From Piromyces finnis finn (lineage: Eukaryota > Fungi > Neocallimastigomycota), in assembly GCA_002104945.1 (NCBI GenBank), contig MCFH01000057.1, forward strand, positions 62,001-126,000: a stretch of DNA of 64,000 bases, read 5' to 3'. Made by a program: the position numbers and the translations under genes. Shown piece by piece: positions 1-12,454 of this stretch; position 1 is the first letter of the stretch, and every line of letters begins with the position of its first letter. The notes beneath the pieces are model-generated. The model worked only from the letters and a program-made list of their open reading frames with translations, ran no database searches and was not told the origin of the DNA.

Positions 1-381
1 CTATAACAACCATAAAGACGGATATTTAGTGAATGTCTACGACTGTTCCTTATGCTTAACCATAAACGCCAATCAAACAGCAGCACTAAATATTGAATTG
101 TGTAAGGATAGTAATAAATTTAATAATATAAACTCAAATTTATTACAATATAATAATAAATGTATAGAAATTATTAACGAAGAAACCGGAACACTGAAAT
201 TAATAAACTGTACCGAAAATAAAAGTGTGTGGAAATTATCGTTTGATCTCGAAGATAATAACTACTTCCCAATTATAGATCCTAAATCACAAATAATAAA
301 GTTTTATAATACTTATTTCGATAAATGTTTACAAGTTTTAGAAAGTAAAGGAATCGATAGTAAGATTATTTATGGAAGTTG

Positions 382-985
382 TGTAATGTTGAACACTGAA
401 AGAATAGATTAGGATATCTATTCTATTACAATAACACTAAATTTAAAATAAAAATAAAAATTGTTTTATTAAAAATATCTTTTATTATAATAGAATTTTA
501 ATAATAACAATTACATCGATAAAATGATGAAAAATATCTTCTATTTATATTTTTCCTAAATACATTTATATTATATTATAACTATTTATTTCTTATATAT
601 TATTATTTAAAATCTACACTAAAATCTTAATTATTAATAAATATTTAAACTATAACTATTTTTAGTAAAATACAATTGGCAATTCAAATTAAGTACTATT
701 TAATTTGAATATGTGCCCATGTATTATTGATATATTAATCATTTATTATTTATCTATTTCTATAAAAAAACAACACTAAAACTAGGGATTTAAATTGAGA
801 ATATTAATTTACTTGTTAAACATTAAAAATAAATTAATAATTTATTTTGTTTTAAACTTTAATTATTAATAAATAAATTATGTCTCATTTTCTTTTTCTG
901 AATATAATTTGTGTAACTTAAACAATAATACTTGTGGCTTAAGTTACATTAAAGATATCAAGTTGAGGCGTTTGATATCTTTACA
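382..985 (-). mobile_element. Solo LTR, family B
   Basis: TGTAATG...GATATCTTTACA; TSD AGTTG (377-381/986-990); homologous to the LTR of the 45901-52392 chromovirus. Confidence 0.92.
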
Positions 986-1102
986 AGTTGCAATAATGAT
1001 AATGATAATTCATTATGGATTTTACTAAATAACCGAAAAGGATAAATTAAATCAAAAATCAATCATTTATCATGTTTAAGAATTAATGATTTAGCAGATG
1101 GT

Positions 1103-1800
1103 TGTAAAATATTGTATTAATAAAATAATGTATTTAATACGTATTTAAAATAATGTATAATATATTAAATTAATGTACCGTAAATTTTACAAACATTTAA
1201 TATCACAATACATTTACATAAATTTATGTAAAATTTAATTTTATGATAAGATAAAGTTTTCGATGATAAAATAAAATTTTAAATTAAATAAATTTTAACC
1301 AATAAATATTTTAAATAATAAAAAAATTTTTTTTATAAACTAAGCCTCAAAATTAGAAATAAATAAATTAAATATATGTTTGAAATATAATCAACCATAT
1401 AGTAAATAAATCAAAACTTTATTTTAAATTTAGAAAATTCTTTATTAAATAATTTGAATTTAAATAGTTTAATACAAATAATCAATTTATTTAAAAAGTA
1501 TAAATAAAGAAAATTTATCAACTATTGAAACGATAGTTGGAAAATCGTATAGGTTAATTTTGTTTAGATAAATTAACATTAGTTATAATTAGTTTTGTTT
1601 TAAATAATAAAAATATATATTGATTACCTAGTGAGGGCCCTGGTAAAATAACCTTCACGGTAAAGTAATCAACGGTTGTTTAGTTAGTATAGTTTTAAAA
1701 TAAATAAATAAATAAAATATTATTAAAATTAATTAGTCTAATTGTGTTAATTTAGTTTAGTGTACGTATACAAACCTGAACTAGTTTAGAATATTTTACA
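1103..1800. mobile_element. Solo LTR, family J
   Basis: Perfect 10-bp terminal IR TGTAAAATAT/ATATTTTACA; TSD ATGGT; copy at 55014-55825. Confidence 0.9.
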
Positions 1801-1818
1801 ATGGTCAAGTTGGTATTG

Positions 1819-2481
1819 TGTAAGAAGTTACTTATAAATAAATTATAAATAACTTCTTCTACAAATTAATAATAATTAAATAATTAACTATTACTAATTT
1901 GAGAAAGAAAATAAAAACATTAATTTCGAGTTTATTATATAAAAATACTAATAAACAAAAATATTACCAATTTGAGAAAGAAAATAAAAACATTAATTTC
2001 GAGTTTATTATATAAAAATACTAATAAACAAAAATAATAAATATTAACACTTAAATATAAAAACACACGTTAGATAAACATTACTTTTAAAATAATAATA
2101 AACAAAAATAATAAATATTAACACTTAAATATAAAAACACACGTTAGATAAACATTACTTTTAAAATAATTAATACTTTATTTATTAATAAATTTATATA
2201 ATAATAACTCTTGATTTTTCAAAAGAGAATCAAGATTATCCTTTTATAGTAATTTAATACATTATACATGGATTGGTTAAAATGATACAACTAAATTAAT
2301 GTAATAAAACAATGTATTTAATCAATGTATTTAATTAATTTATTTAATTAATGTATCAAATTATGTATTAAATAATGTATTAAATTAATGTATTAAACAA
2401 TAAATAATAATAAATATTATAATAAATATTAATTAATAAGAAAATAGATAAATTATATAGAATTTATCTATGTTTCTTACA
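1819..2481. mobile_element. Solo LTR, family K, with two internal ~70-bp tandem duplications
   Basis: TGTAAGAA...TTCTTACA; TSD TATTG; inverted copy at 42289-42814 lacks the duplications. Confidence 0.9.
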
Positions 2482-2487
2482 TATTGG

Positions 2488-3322
2488 TGTAATAATTATT
2501 ATTATTTATATTATATAATAATAATTATTATCTACAATTTAACAATAATTAGTATTATTAAACTGAGAAATTAAAATAAATAAAATTTTATACTTATCTT
2601 AAATAAGAGTTTATTATAAGGAAATATAATAAACAACACAAAACTTTAATGTTATTTAATTTAAAATGTTTTATTAATATTGTTTTTTAATAAAGGTTAT
2701 TTATTATAATAGTTCTTATAATAATAACTCTGGATTCTTTAGTGGAATTCCAGATTTCTTTTATTTATAATGTTATTTAATAATTTAAAGTTTAATAAAG
2801 AATATCTAATCTTAACAAATAATCTTTTTAGGAAAAGACTAGAAGAAAAACCTAAAAAGATATTCGATTGATAACTAATATATCAATCATCGTAATATTA
2901 AGTAAAACCGAAATATATTTCGAAAAAACCTTAATATCCAATTTTTCCTAATATTTATTTATATCTTCTAATTGTTTCTATAAGTTATTTCAAGATACGA
3001 TACATAAACATAAAATACAAATGTAAAATAAAATACATAATGTTTCTTATAAAATGTAATACAAAAATTATTAATTAATAAAATAAATGAATGTTTACTA
3101 TTATTTTAAATAATTTACTAAATTAAATAAATAATTAATTAATATAATAATTAAATAAATTTTAAATTAAGTAAATGAATAATTAATATTAATATAAATA
3201 AATGTTTATAGTAATTTAAATGAATGTATGCTAATAATTTAAATAATTAATTAATTTAATAGTTAAAAAAATAATTAAATAAGAATTAATAATTATTCAA
3301 TAAATAATTATTAATTCTTACA
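2488..3322. mobile_element. Solo LTR, family L
   Basis: TGTAATAATT...AATTCTTACA; TSD ATTGG (2483-2487/3323-3327); related sequence around 55835-57222. Confidence 0.85.
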
Positions 3323-3759
3323 ATTGGGTGATACAGATTTTTTATATATAAATAAATCAAGTATCAATATATTAAATAGGATAAGCAAGTTGGGAATTAT
3401 AAAATAATATATTAATAACACAATAATAAGGAAAACTCAGATTAAAATATAAAGTTAATAAATAAGTTTTGAATTTTGTTTTATTATTTTAAATTCTTAC
3501 TTTTTGTGTGTTATAATAATTTAATTTATTATAACTTTACAATTAGAATAGCAGAAAAAAACCTAATGTATTAATCCACTATATAAAATTATTTAAACCT
3601 ATTAAATAATTATTATACTAATTTACAGTGTTATGATATAAATTCCTTTTTTATTTCTTCTTTTCCAAAAAAAACACTCTCTACTATTTTTTTTTAAACT
3701 TTTTTTCTTTAAAATAATAGAATATCACATTAAAGTAATTTTATATGCAACGAATCTAT

Positions 3760-4255
3760 TGTAAGAAATATTTGTGGCCATAAGTTTGCCCACAAATATT
3801 TCAATTGAAACCATATATTCTGGTCACCATTTATTGGCCAGATATATGTATAACCATATATTAATGGTTATTAATTAAATAGGAAGTTTATTTGCTTTAC
3901 CCAATCAAGTGGTAAAGAAAATAAACTAATATAGTTAAATAGTATAGTTAAAACTAACGTAAAATACTTTAGCGTTAGTATTAAAGTAAATTAGTAACTA
4001 TAATAATAATTAATGTATTATAATTATACTAAATAAATAAAAGATATAATTAAAATTAATTATTTAAGTAAATTTATTTCATAATAATATTTATATATAC
4101 TTGTATTTATTCTTGTGTTATAATATTTATTTTCTTTCTTTTATTATTTTTTATAAAACTTTATTTAGTTATTAACTCGTATAGAGAGGTAATAACTAAC
4201 TTAATTAACTAAATTATATAACTTATTAACTAATATTATAAAAACACCTTTTACA
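3760..4255 (+). mobile_element. Solo LTR, family D
   Basis: TGTAAGAAAT...CCTTTTACA; TSD TCTAT; matches LTR 20279-20775. Confidence 0.93.
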
Positions 4256-4267
4256 TCTATTAGAAAA

Positions 4268-4335
4268 TTAATATTGTTTTAATGGTTAGTATTTAAGACA
4301 TTAATCTGGATCACTCGGGTTCGACTCACACCTTG
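4268..4335 (+). promoter_or_regulatory. tRNA-derived Pol III type-2 promoter cassette (A box 4275-4285, B box 4318-4327) within LTR G
   Basis: TGTTTTAATGG and GGTTCGACTC at tRNA-like spacing; alignable to the tRNA-Gln-like cassette in LTR O; no acceptor stem. Confidence 0.65.
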
Positions 4336-5944
4336 ATCCAAAATTTATTTTAAATTATTTATTTAACAAATTTAATTTATAACTCATAGAAACTTATAGA
4401 ACTTATTCGAAAAAGAATAAGTTCGAATATTCGAAAAATTAAATGTTTTATGTATTTTTATCACGAGATTCATTTTATGTAATTTTTAATTAATTTAAAG
4501 AATAATTTAGAAAGAAAATTTAATTTTTAATTTAGCCACATCAGATTTAGAAAAAGTATAAATAGAAGTGATGTGAATCAAAAATTAAATAGTTGTGTTT
4601 TTATTAACTTTTAAATTTAAATTTTTATTTTTAAAAAATTTAATAATAATAAAAATTAAATTTAAATCTTTATTTTTAAAAAATTTAATAATAATAAAAA
4701 AATTATTTTCAATAAATAAATTTATTGACTTATAGGGAATACAAAATTTATTTTTCTATATAAATATTATTAATTCCTACATTAATAAATTCTTTATATA
4801 GAAACTCGTTACATTATATTAACTATTTGATTGGAAATATTATACTAAATTAATAGTTTAATAATTATTTAATTATAACCATTTTTGTATATAATTAATT
4901 ATATTATCCTAACCTATTGCTTTATGAATATAATATTTCATTGTAAAAATACTAAATTATTATAATTTTTATAGTAGTAACGTATCAAAACGTCCCCGCT
5001 TAGTTTAGACTTCTTCCCTTGAAGTCTTTAATCTTCGTTGTATTTTGGAAGTAATTTTTAGCGTAACCATAAATTTATGATTGGGAAAAATTTCAAAGAA
5101 ATTTTTTTTTTTTTTTTTTTTCTTTAGGTAAGTTGCTGGTTTGTTTGTGTTTATATGTTTATATTGTTTATATTATAAAAATTTTTAAATATAATAATTT
5201 ATGTTATTTAATTTTGATAATATTATTAACTATCACTCTTACTAATTATTATTATTATCATACTTTTATAATTATTATATATTATTAACCAGCTAGTGTT
5301 ACGGTACTCGAGAGTTATTACACAAATGTATATGTTTATTATATATTTTTTATTATAAAGTCTTCTATTTTTAAATAAAAATTTTCATTACATTTATATC
5401 ATACATATAACAAATACATTACGTTATTATGCTACATTATTCTATTACATTATTTCAAATACATATTATTACATTATAAATTATAATGTATTACATGATT
5501 TTGTATTATGTTAACATATATTAAATATATTATTATTATTATATTTATATATATATATTTTTTTTTAAATCCTAATTTCGAAATTTAAATTTCATTTCAT
5601 TATTCTCATCTCATTTAAAATTTTATTATTACTAATATTATACTAATATTATTATTTATTATTTACTAACATTTTATTTATTTATTTATTATTATTTCTT
5701 ATTTCTTATCATTATTCATTATTCATTATTATTATTATTTTTTTATTATTTTATTTTATTTTATTTAACCCCCCTTTTTTTGTAGAAAGATAGTATGTAT
5801 GTATGTATTATTATTTATATATATATATTTATATACTTACATACTTACTTTATGATAAGTAATTTTCATTCTGATTTGGTTTGTGTATATTTTTTATTTT
5901 ATTTTGTTTTATTATTATTATTATTATTTATTATTATTACTTTT

Positions 5945-8900
5945 ATTCATTACTTTCATCGAGGTTAATCTCTGTAAAGTAAGGAATAATATTCTTTAAA
6001 TGTATGTTCCTATCAGCTATTTCACCAGTTATAGGATCATATACAGTTACTGTATTAAATTCTTTTTTTATAATTTTCAATGATCCAGTGAAAAAGGGGT
6101 CCAATTTACGTCTATTAAACACCTTAATTAAGATAAGATCACCAAGTTTTTATTCTTTCCTCATTCTTCCAATTTGTTTTCTTCGATCTTCCCATAGTCT
6201 ATTAGTTGTTTCGATATTACGAATAGCTTCCTTAATCCATTTGTCATGTGTAATGAATTTTCTTAACCAATATTCCTCTTCTGTTTCCATTTCATTTCTC
6301 TTTTCGATATTTAAGGATAATTCAAACGGTTGTAAATCACGTCGGCCGTATAATAATTCGAAACTACTATACTTAGTGGTTTCGTTTTTACAAGTACGTA
6401 ATGCCCAAAGCGCACTATCCAAGGTTTCGTCCCATTTTTCTGAATTTTCACCTAGTAAACGGAGATATTTACCTATTTCCCTATTTCTATTCTCTACCTC
6501 TCCATTTGACGCTGGATGGTAGGTACTCACATATTGTACATATACATCGTGTAGATCCAGGAAAGTTTTTGTTTTGTCGGAGGTAAATTGAGAACCATTG
6601 TCCGTAACTAGAATCTTAGGTATTCCGTGTCTTGCAAATATTTTCTTTAGGAGCTTTATCACATCATCCGATTCTGCTGTAACTAATGGTTCAGCTTCAA
6701 CCCATTTAGTTAGATAGTCAACTAATACTATAATATATTTAGTATTGTTTCTTGTAATAGAAAGTGGGCCAATTAAATCTAAACCAACTCTTGAGAACGG
6801 ATATCCAGGAACAATAGCTATACACTCTGAGAATTTGTTTAATGCTTGTGGTCGGCAGGTTTGGCAACGATGACAACATCTAATAAAATTTTGAATATCC
6901 TGTTTCACATTTTTCCAATAATAACGTTTTTTTAATCTATTGTAAGTTTTATACATCCCTTCATGTCCTATTAAGTGAGCTTTTGAAATTAATTCAAGTT
7001 GTACATTAGGGTCCTCAATAATTTTTCTTAATATATCATCCTGTTTAAAGTATTTAACACCATCGATAGAAACTATTTTTTTCTTTATAAAGTCACTAAT
7101 AAAAATTTTAATATTTATTATTATTTTCGATTAAATTATTATTATCCCTTAAAGCAATGTTATTATAAGTTACATTAACTATTTCACTTGTTTTATCATA
7201 AATAATATTTGTGTCTAATCTAGATAAAGACATTCTTCCTCCCCTCTTCATATTGAACTTTTACATTCAAGATGCTTAATTCCGTTATCCATTTCAAATG
7301 CCTGCTATTAGTTGGTTCTCTTTTACTGAAAATTCCAACCAAAGGCTTGTGATCTGTAATCACAATTGTCGTGAAAGAGTTACCGATAATAAAAGGTTTA
7401 AATTTACGAACGCAATGGTATACAGCTTTTCCTTCCAAATCAGTGATACTGTAATTGTATTCGGCTGAGGTAAGTGTTCTACATTCATAATAAATAGGTA
7501 CCTCAAAATTAACATTATTTAATTGAATTAACACACCTCCTAAACCATCTCTAGAAGCATCTGTCCTAATGATAAAAGGTTTAGAATAGTCCGGAGGAGA
7601 TAGTATAGGTGCAGTGGTAATCCGGGATTTAATTCACCAAATACAGAGTCACACGAATCAGTCCAATTAAAGGTAACGTCTTTCTTCGGAAGTTCAAAGA
7701 GCGGTTTAGCAATCTGGGCAAAATTTTTTATAAATTTACGATAATATCCAATAGCTCCGAGAAACAATTTTAGTTGAGTAACATTCTTAGGTGGTAGCAA
7801 GTTAACGATAACCTTAATTTTATCTGGGATAGGAGAAATACCCTGAGTGGAAAGTATATGTCCTAATAGTTTTACTTCTGTTTTAAAAAAAGTACATTTT
7901 TCAATATTAATTTTTAAATTATTATTATTTAAAATTTGAAAAACTCTAGATAAATGTTCGAGATGTGATTCATAGGAATCCGAAAATATAATTAGGTCAT
8001 CAATATATACGAACATGCATTCGCCAATCAATTCAAAAAAAAATCGGTTCATCTCCCTTTGAAATGTCGGGTGCGTTACATAGTCCAAAAGGCATAACGC
8101 GAAAGTTATAATTACCGAACATAGTAGTAAAAGCTGTTTTGTCTTTGTCTTACGGAATCTGGTGATAGCCTGAAAAGAGATCTAAAGTAGTAAGTATTTT
8201 AGCATTTTTACTTATAAAATGAAAAATATCATCAATTAAAGGTAAAGCGTATGAATCTTTAATAGTAACATTATTTAACTTCCTATAATCTACACACATT
8301 CGCCACTTATTATTTTTTTTAGAACTAAAACAACAGGTGATGACCATGCGGAACTTGACGGTTCAATAAGATTATTATCGATAAGCTTGGTTAGTTCTGT
8401 CTTTAAAGCCTCCGTTTGGGATTTTGATAATCTGTACGCTCTTTGTTTAATCGGAAGTACATCAGGTTGAAGTTCAATTTTGTGTTGTAATAATTTAGAT
8501 TGTCCTAGATCATCTGTACTAATATCAATTGAATATATAATTAGAAAATAGTGTAGCAGCAGACTGCCTCAATTCTTCTGGAATAGTAAGTATGATATTA
8601 TTAATTATTTCTTGTTTATCAACACTGTCCATTTGTGTATCATTCTGATTAATTGTAATAGTTAGAAGTATAGGGTTACTCTGATTCCAATCCTTGTTTA
8701 ATTCTGTAGATTCCTTGTGTATTTGTTTAATATCATATGATAGATCAGCTAACTTCAGATAATTATTTTCATTATCAATATAATATAAGTTATCAGTAAC
8801 TAAATTAATATCAAATCTATTTCTTTTTAGAGAATCTACCCCTATGAGAATGTCAAATAAGTCGTCTTTTTCAATCACCCTGAAAAAGTCGGTAAATATT

Positions 8901-9250
8901 TTGTCTCCCATAGAAACTTCAAGCTCATAGATTTCTGTAGTAATAGAAGAGTTGGAGTAAGCTTGAAATATAGTTTCCTATATCCTCCCTACGGCAGGTT
9001 TTTCAATCTTATACTTATTTAGAGAAGACCGAGTGATAATATTGACACTCGCACAAGTATCTAAAAATATTTCACAAGGTATGTTTTCAATCTTACCTTC
9101 TACCTTTTTAATTTTATTTTTATTAATAGCTGTTATTACATTAGTAATGGTATTTTTAGGCGTTAGTTTAAGCGCTTTAATGAATTCTGTCCTGAAATTA
9201 GGGAATAAGTCCAACAGTATAAGTTTGGTAATGACATCGGTTGAAGCCAC
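5945..9250 (-). pseudogene. pol: Frameshifted gypsy pol (protease FLDTCAS, RT YIDD, RNase H, integrase)
   Basis: ORFs 8978-9250, 8525-8911, 8150-8347, 7540-8088, 7220-7534, 6150-6956; close paralog of the pol at 14436-18792. Confidence 0.93.
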
Positions 9251-9335
9251 CTATATATTCTAATATGAATAACACAATAATAAGGATAACTCAGATTAAA
9301 ATATAAAGTAAATAAATAAGTTTTGAATTTTGTTA

Positions 9336-9736
9336 TATAATTTTTTTAATGCTAAAACTCAGAATGTTTGGATATATAATCCAAAATTAAATAAATGCTT
9401 GCATTCAGGTAATGCAATTACCTATAGACATCAAATTAAACCTTGCAGTGATTCAAATTACGCAAAGAAGAAAATCCCTATTTCTGGTGATGGCTTTTTC
9501 CAATCTTTATATAACGGTTGGTGTTTAAGAGTCGATGATATAACTTCTGGTACGATTGCTATAAGTGAAATGTGTTCATCAAATTCAATCATTAAGGACA
9601 TTTAATTATTAAATGTCTTGGAATCCTACCATCCAATAACAAAAACGAAACTCGTCTTAATCTTAATTTATGTAGTAAATATATCAATGATCAATATTGG
9701 GAAATACGTACCACAAAATCAAATACTTCAAATTAA
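9336..9736 (+). pseudogene. Ricin-B lectin repeat C-terminal fragment
   Basis: ORF 9330-9605 (KCLHSG, WCLRVDD) and, after a frameshift, KCLGILPSNNKNETRLNLNLCSKYINDQYWEI...* with a QxW motif. Confidence 0.75.
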
Positions 9737-9879
9737 TGTTAAATTTAAAATATGAAGTAATTTAAATTAGTTTACTTTGATATAAAATAAAAATAATAAG
9801 ATATATATATATATCAAATAGTTAATAATAAGTTAAAGTAGAGTAGTATTTAATAAGATCTTACCTTTTTCTTTTTGTA

Positions 9880-10225
9880 AGTCGAAAAATTAATTAAATA
9901 ATAATTATTAAATAATAATTTTGATATTTTAATGAAAATTTATTTATAAAATTTATTATATAAATTTTATGGAATAATTAAATAAAGATTAATTTTAAAA
10001 TAAATTAATATATAGGTAATACATGGACTGTATTTAATTTGAGTAAACTAAATTAAATTAGTTTTGTTTATTTTGTATTGAATATATGTATAATTAAATA
10101 GAATAGTATGTTAAAATATATTATACAAAAAATATAAATACATGTAAAATTTCGTAATTAAAATGATGTAATTGTTATTGACTATAATTTAGTTAATAAC
10201 TAAATAAGCTTAATAAAAGAAGAAT
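9880..10225 (+). repeat. Fragment of a C-family LTR
   Basis: Shares CATGGACTGTATTTAATTTGAGTAAAC and GTAATTGTTATTGACTA blocks with the reverse complement of 62865-63588; no termini. Confidence 0.7.
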
Positions 10226-10229
10226 TAGT

Positions 10230-10890
10230 ATCGCCTTAAAGTCTTGAAATGATATAAACGATTTTGTTTTATCTTCGGCGTAGCGCTCTGGGTAGACCAT
10301 AAATATTGTTTGTACTTTTTCTAACTTTAGTCCTTGAGAAAGATGTATTTTTATTATTAGACATACATTAAATAACTGCCCATAAGTAATATCACATTTG
10401 GCTCTGTTTAAATCTTCAAAAATATCAATCAATGTTATCACCTCTCATTTGTATATTTCTAGTAACTTTCTATTCTTTGGTTTTATTCTTTATCCTTAGT
10501 TATCTTTAACAATGTAGGTAATATTTCTGAGCTTTTTTTTTTATATTTCTTTCTCTATTTTATCTTCCATATCACTATGTAAACAAACCTCCATATCTTC
10601 TCCATTTGTAGTAGTAGGTGATTTACTTCTTTGTTCCTTTCTGAATCTTTTACTTTTCTTCTTCTCTTTTCTAATATTGACTTAGTATAGACGTGTCAAG
10701 TTCGTTCTTAGGTTCTGAAAGAGAACCTTCTCTAAACTCTCCTTTCCTATTTCCATTTCTTGCTGTTTCCTAATATCAGGTTTAACTTTCGGTCGTGGGT
10801 GAGTCTTCTTTTAATAATTTTTGTACTCTTTTCTTAGAAGAATCTTCTTCATCACTTGTTTTTCGTTTAGCAGCCGTTATAACGTTATCT
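10230..10890 (-). pseudogene. Gypsy gag-protease linker fragment
   Basis: EDLNRAKCDITYGQLFNVC...LSQGLKL resembles the linker at ~44050-44160 (NAGISFAxL...AKGLKL). Confidence 0.5.
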
Positions 10891-10949
10891 CTAATAGATA
10901 ATAGGTGATGCATCTTCGTATTCTGAAAAATCATAATACTCTGAATATT

Positions 10950-11190
10950 CATGGATCAGCGTATAACCTGATCCGAATTAAAATGGGTGATGCATATAAA
11001 ACAGCCTTTACCTGCAAATTTAGTCACTTTGAATACCTAGTCTTTACCATTCGGAGTGAAAAATGTCCAATAGTTTTTCAGATTTTATCAATGATGTATG
11101 AAAATATTCTAGGGATTTTGTTTATTCATATATTGACGATTTAATTATTTTTCTGAAAGCTTTAAATACCATATTAATCATGTTATCGAA
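10950..11190 (+). pseudogene. Chromovirus-type RT fragment
   Basis: SAYNLIRIKMGDAYKTAF...HFEYLV and, frameshifted, FVYSYIDDLII. Confidence 0.85.
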
Positions 11191-12009
11191 GTATTAGATA
11201 TTAATATTTTTCTTCTTTTTGATGTTAAATTAAATATTCAATAATTTCTCTGGTAAATTGCACTTTTATTAAAATATAAAGTAATTACTACTTTAATTAA
11301 TTATGAAATAAACAACTTTTTATTTTCTTTTATTTTAACTATTTCTTTTATTGTTTGTAATTACTTTTATTATTTTTATTTTAAATAGTTTATTATTTTA
11401 ATGTAAATAGTTTATTAATAATTTAAGTTATAAAAAGTCCACTTTTAAATAAAAAACAATTTTTAATAAGTCAAAAAATAAAAAGGTTTTATAAAAAATT
11501 GAAAATAATTCTTAATTGAAGATTAACTAATTATTTTTTCTTTAACTATTTATACTAAAGCTTCAATTGAGGCTTATATTAATAATAATTACTAACTACT
11601 AATTAAAAAAAAATAATTAATAATAAAAAATATAAAATTAATATTACTTCGAGAAAGTGTTATATTATGCACGATACTTGATATCGTTACAAAACTGATA
11701 TTTATGTAAAAATATATTTGTCAAAATCCCAATTCATGAAATTAAACATTTCATGATATTTCATAAGTTTGAAATTATTAAATTAATTAAAATATCAATT
11801 TAATAATATTTTATTAATAATGGTTTATTTAATATAAATATTAATTGTAAAACTATTTATTATTCAGAGATAAATAGTATTAATAATTAATTAATATTAA
11901 ACATACCAATTAGTAAAATAAGATTCATTTAAATAATTATTAATATTATTTTTAACAACTTATTAATATCGATATTTACTTTAATTTTATTATTATTATC
12001 TGATGATAA

Positions 12010-12453
12010 TTTGGAACTACCTGTGAATTTAGTGGTTATGGTTCATATGAGTTTAAGATAAAAGACAAAAATTACAAGTTAGAAAAAGTTTTGTATTCCG
12101 ATAAAGTTAGCAAGAATTTAATTAGTGGTGTAGGACTTGCTAAATTTGGTTTAAGAAGCATTATAGATATTACTGACGATGGGAAAGTCAGAATTATTTT
12201 CAAGGACTCTGAAAATAAAAATATAATGCTAACATATTCAAATGAATTAAAACAATTCAAAATTAAACTCATAAACATTAATAAAAAGAAAAATGAACCA
12301 TTCATTGCAAACTTTGAAGATGATTTAGGTATATGGCATAAGAGATTTGGCTATTTCTATCAAAAGGATTTGAAGAAATATCTAAATCAACATAAAATTA
12401 AAGTAACAACTTGCTTAGGCTGCAAAATATACAAAAAAGAAACAAAAAAATAA
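12010..12453 (+). pseudogene. Ty1/copia protease-end and GAG-pre-integrase fragment
   Basis: LEKVLYSDKVSKNLISG and IWHKRFGY...CLGC motifs. Confidence 0.7.
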
Positions 12454-12454
12454 A

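Larger units (their letters stand above)
1..3328 (+). pseudogene. Ricin-B (beta-trefoil) lectin repeat gene, open from window start, disrupted by solo LTRs B, J, K, L and cut by element M'
   Basis: ORF 29-412 has KC(I/L)x repeats. Removing each LTR plus one TSD restores the frame: ...KCLQVLESKGIDSKIIYGSCNNDNDNSLWILLNNRKG*IKSKINHLSCLRINDLADGQVGIG. Confidence 0.75.
3746..4813 (+). mobile_element. Solo LTR, family G (tRNA-derived head), containing nested D
   Basis: TGCAACGA...TCGTTACA; TSD TTATA (3741-3745/4814-4818); inverted copy at 59028-60170. Confidence 0.9.
3329..4987 (-). repeat. 3' LTR of element M' (about 590 bp after removing nested G and D)
   Basis: Ends TGATAC(G)...TGTATCA, same termini as LTR M at 19607-20277. 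Confidence 0.75.
3329..9335 (-). mobile_element. Ty3/gypsy retrotransposon M' (non-chromoviral), gag deleted, 5' LTR reduced to a ~70-bp remnant
   Basis: PR-RT-RH-IN order on minus strand; purine tract GCGGGG before LTR start at 4987; 9268-9334 matches 3414-3480 of the 3' LTR. Confidence 0.85.

Noticed and set aside
6004-6522. Opposite-strand ORFs over pol genes (also 17348, 21445, 23158, 24685, 27600 and others)
   Set aside because: Shadow frames of retroelement coding sequence with no independent motifs.
11660-11695. Isolated LTR-like terminus (...ATCGTTACA)
   Set aside because: No matching start, TSD or second copy found.
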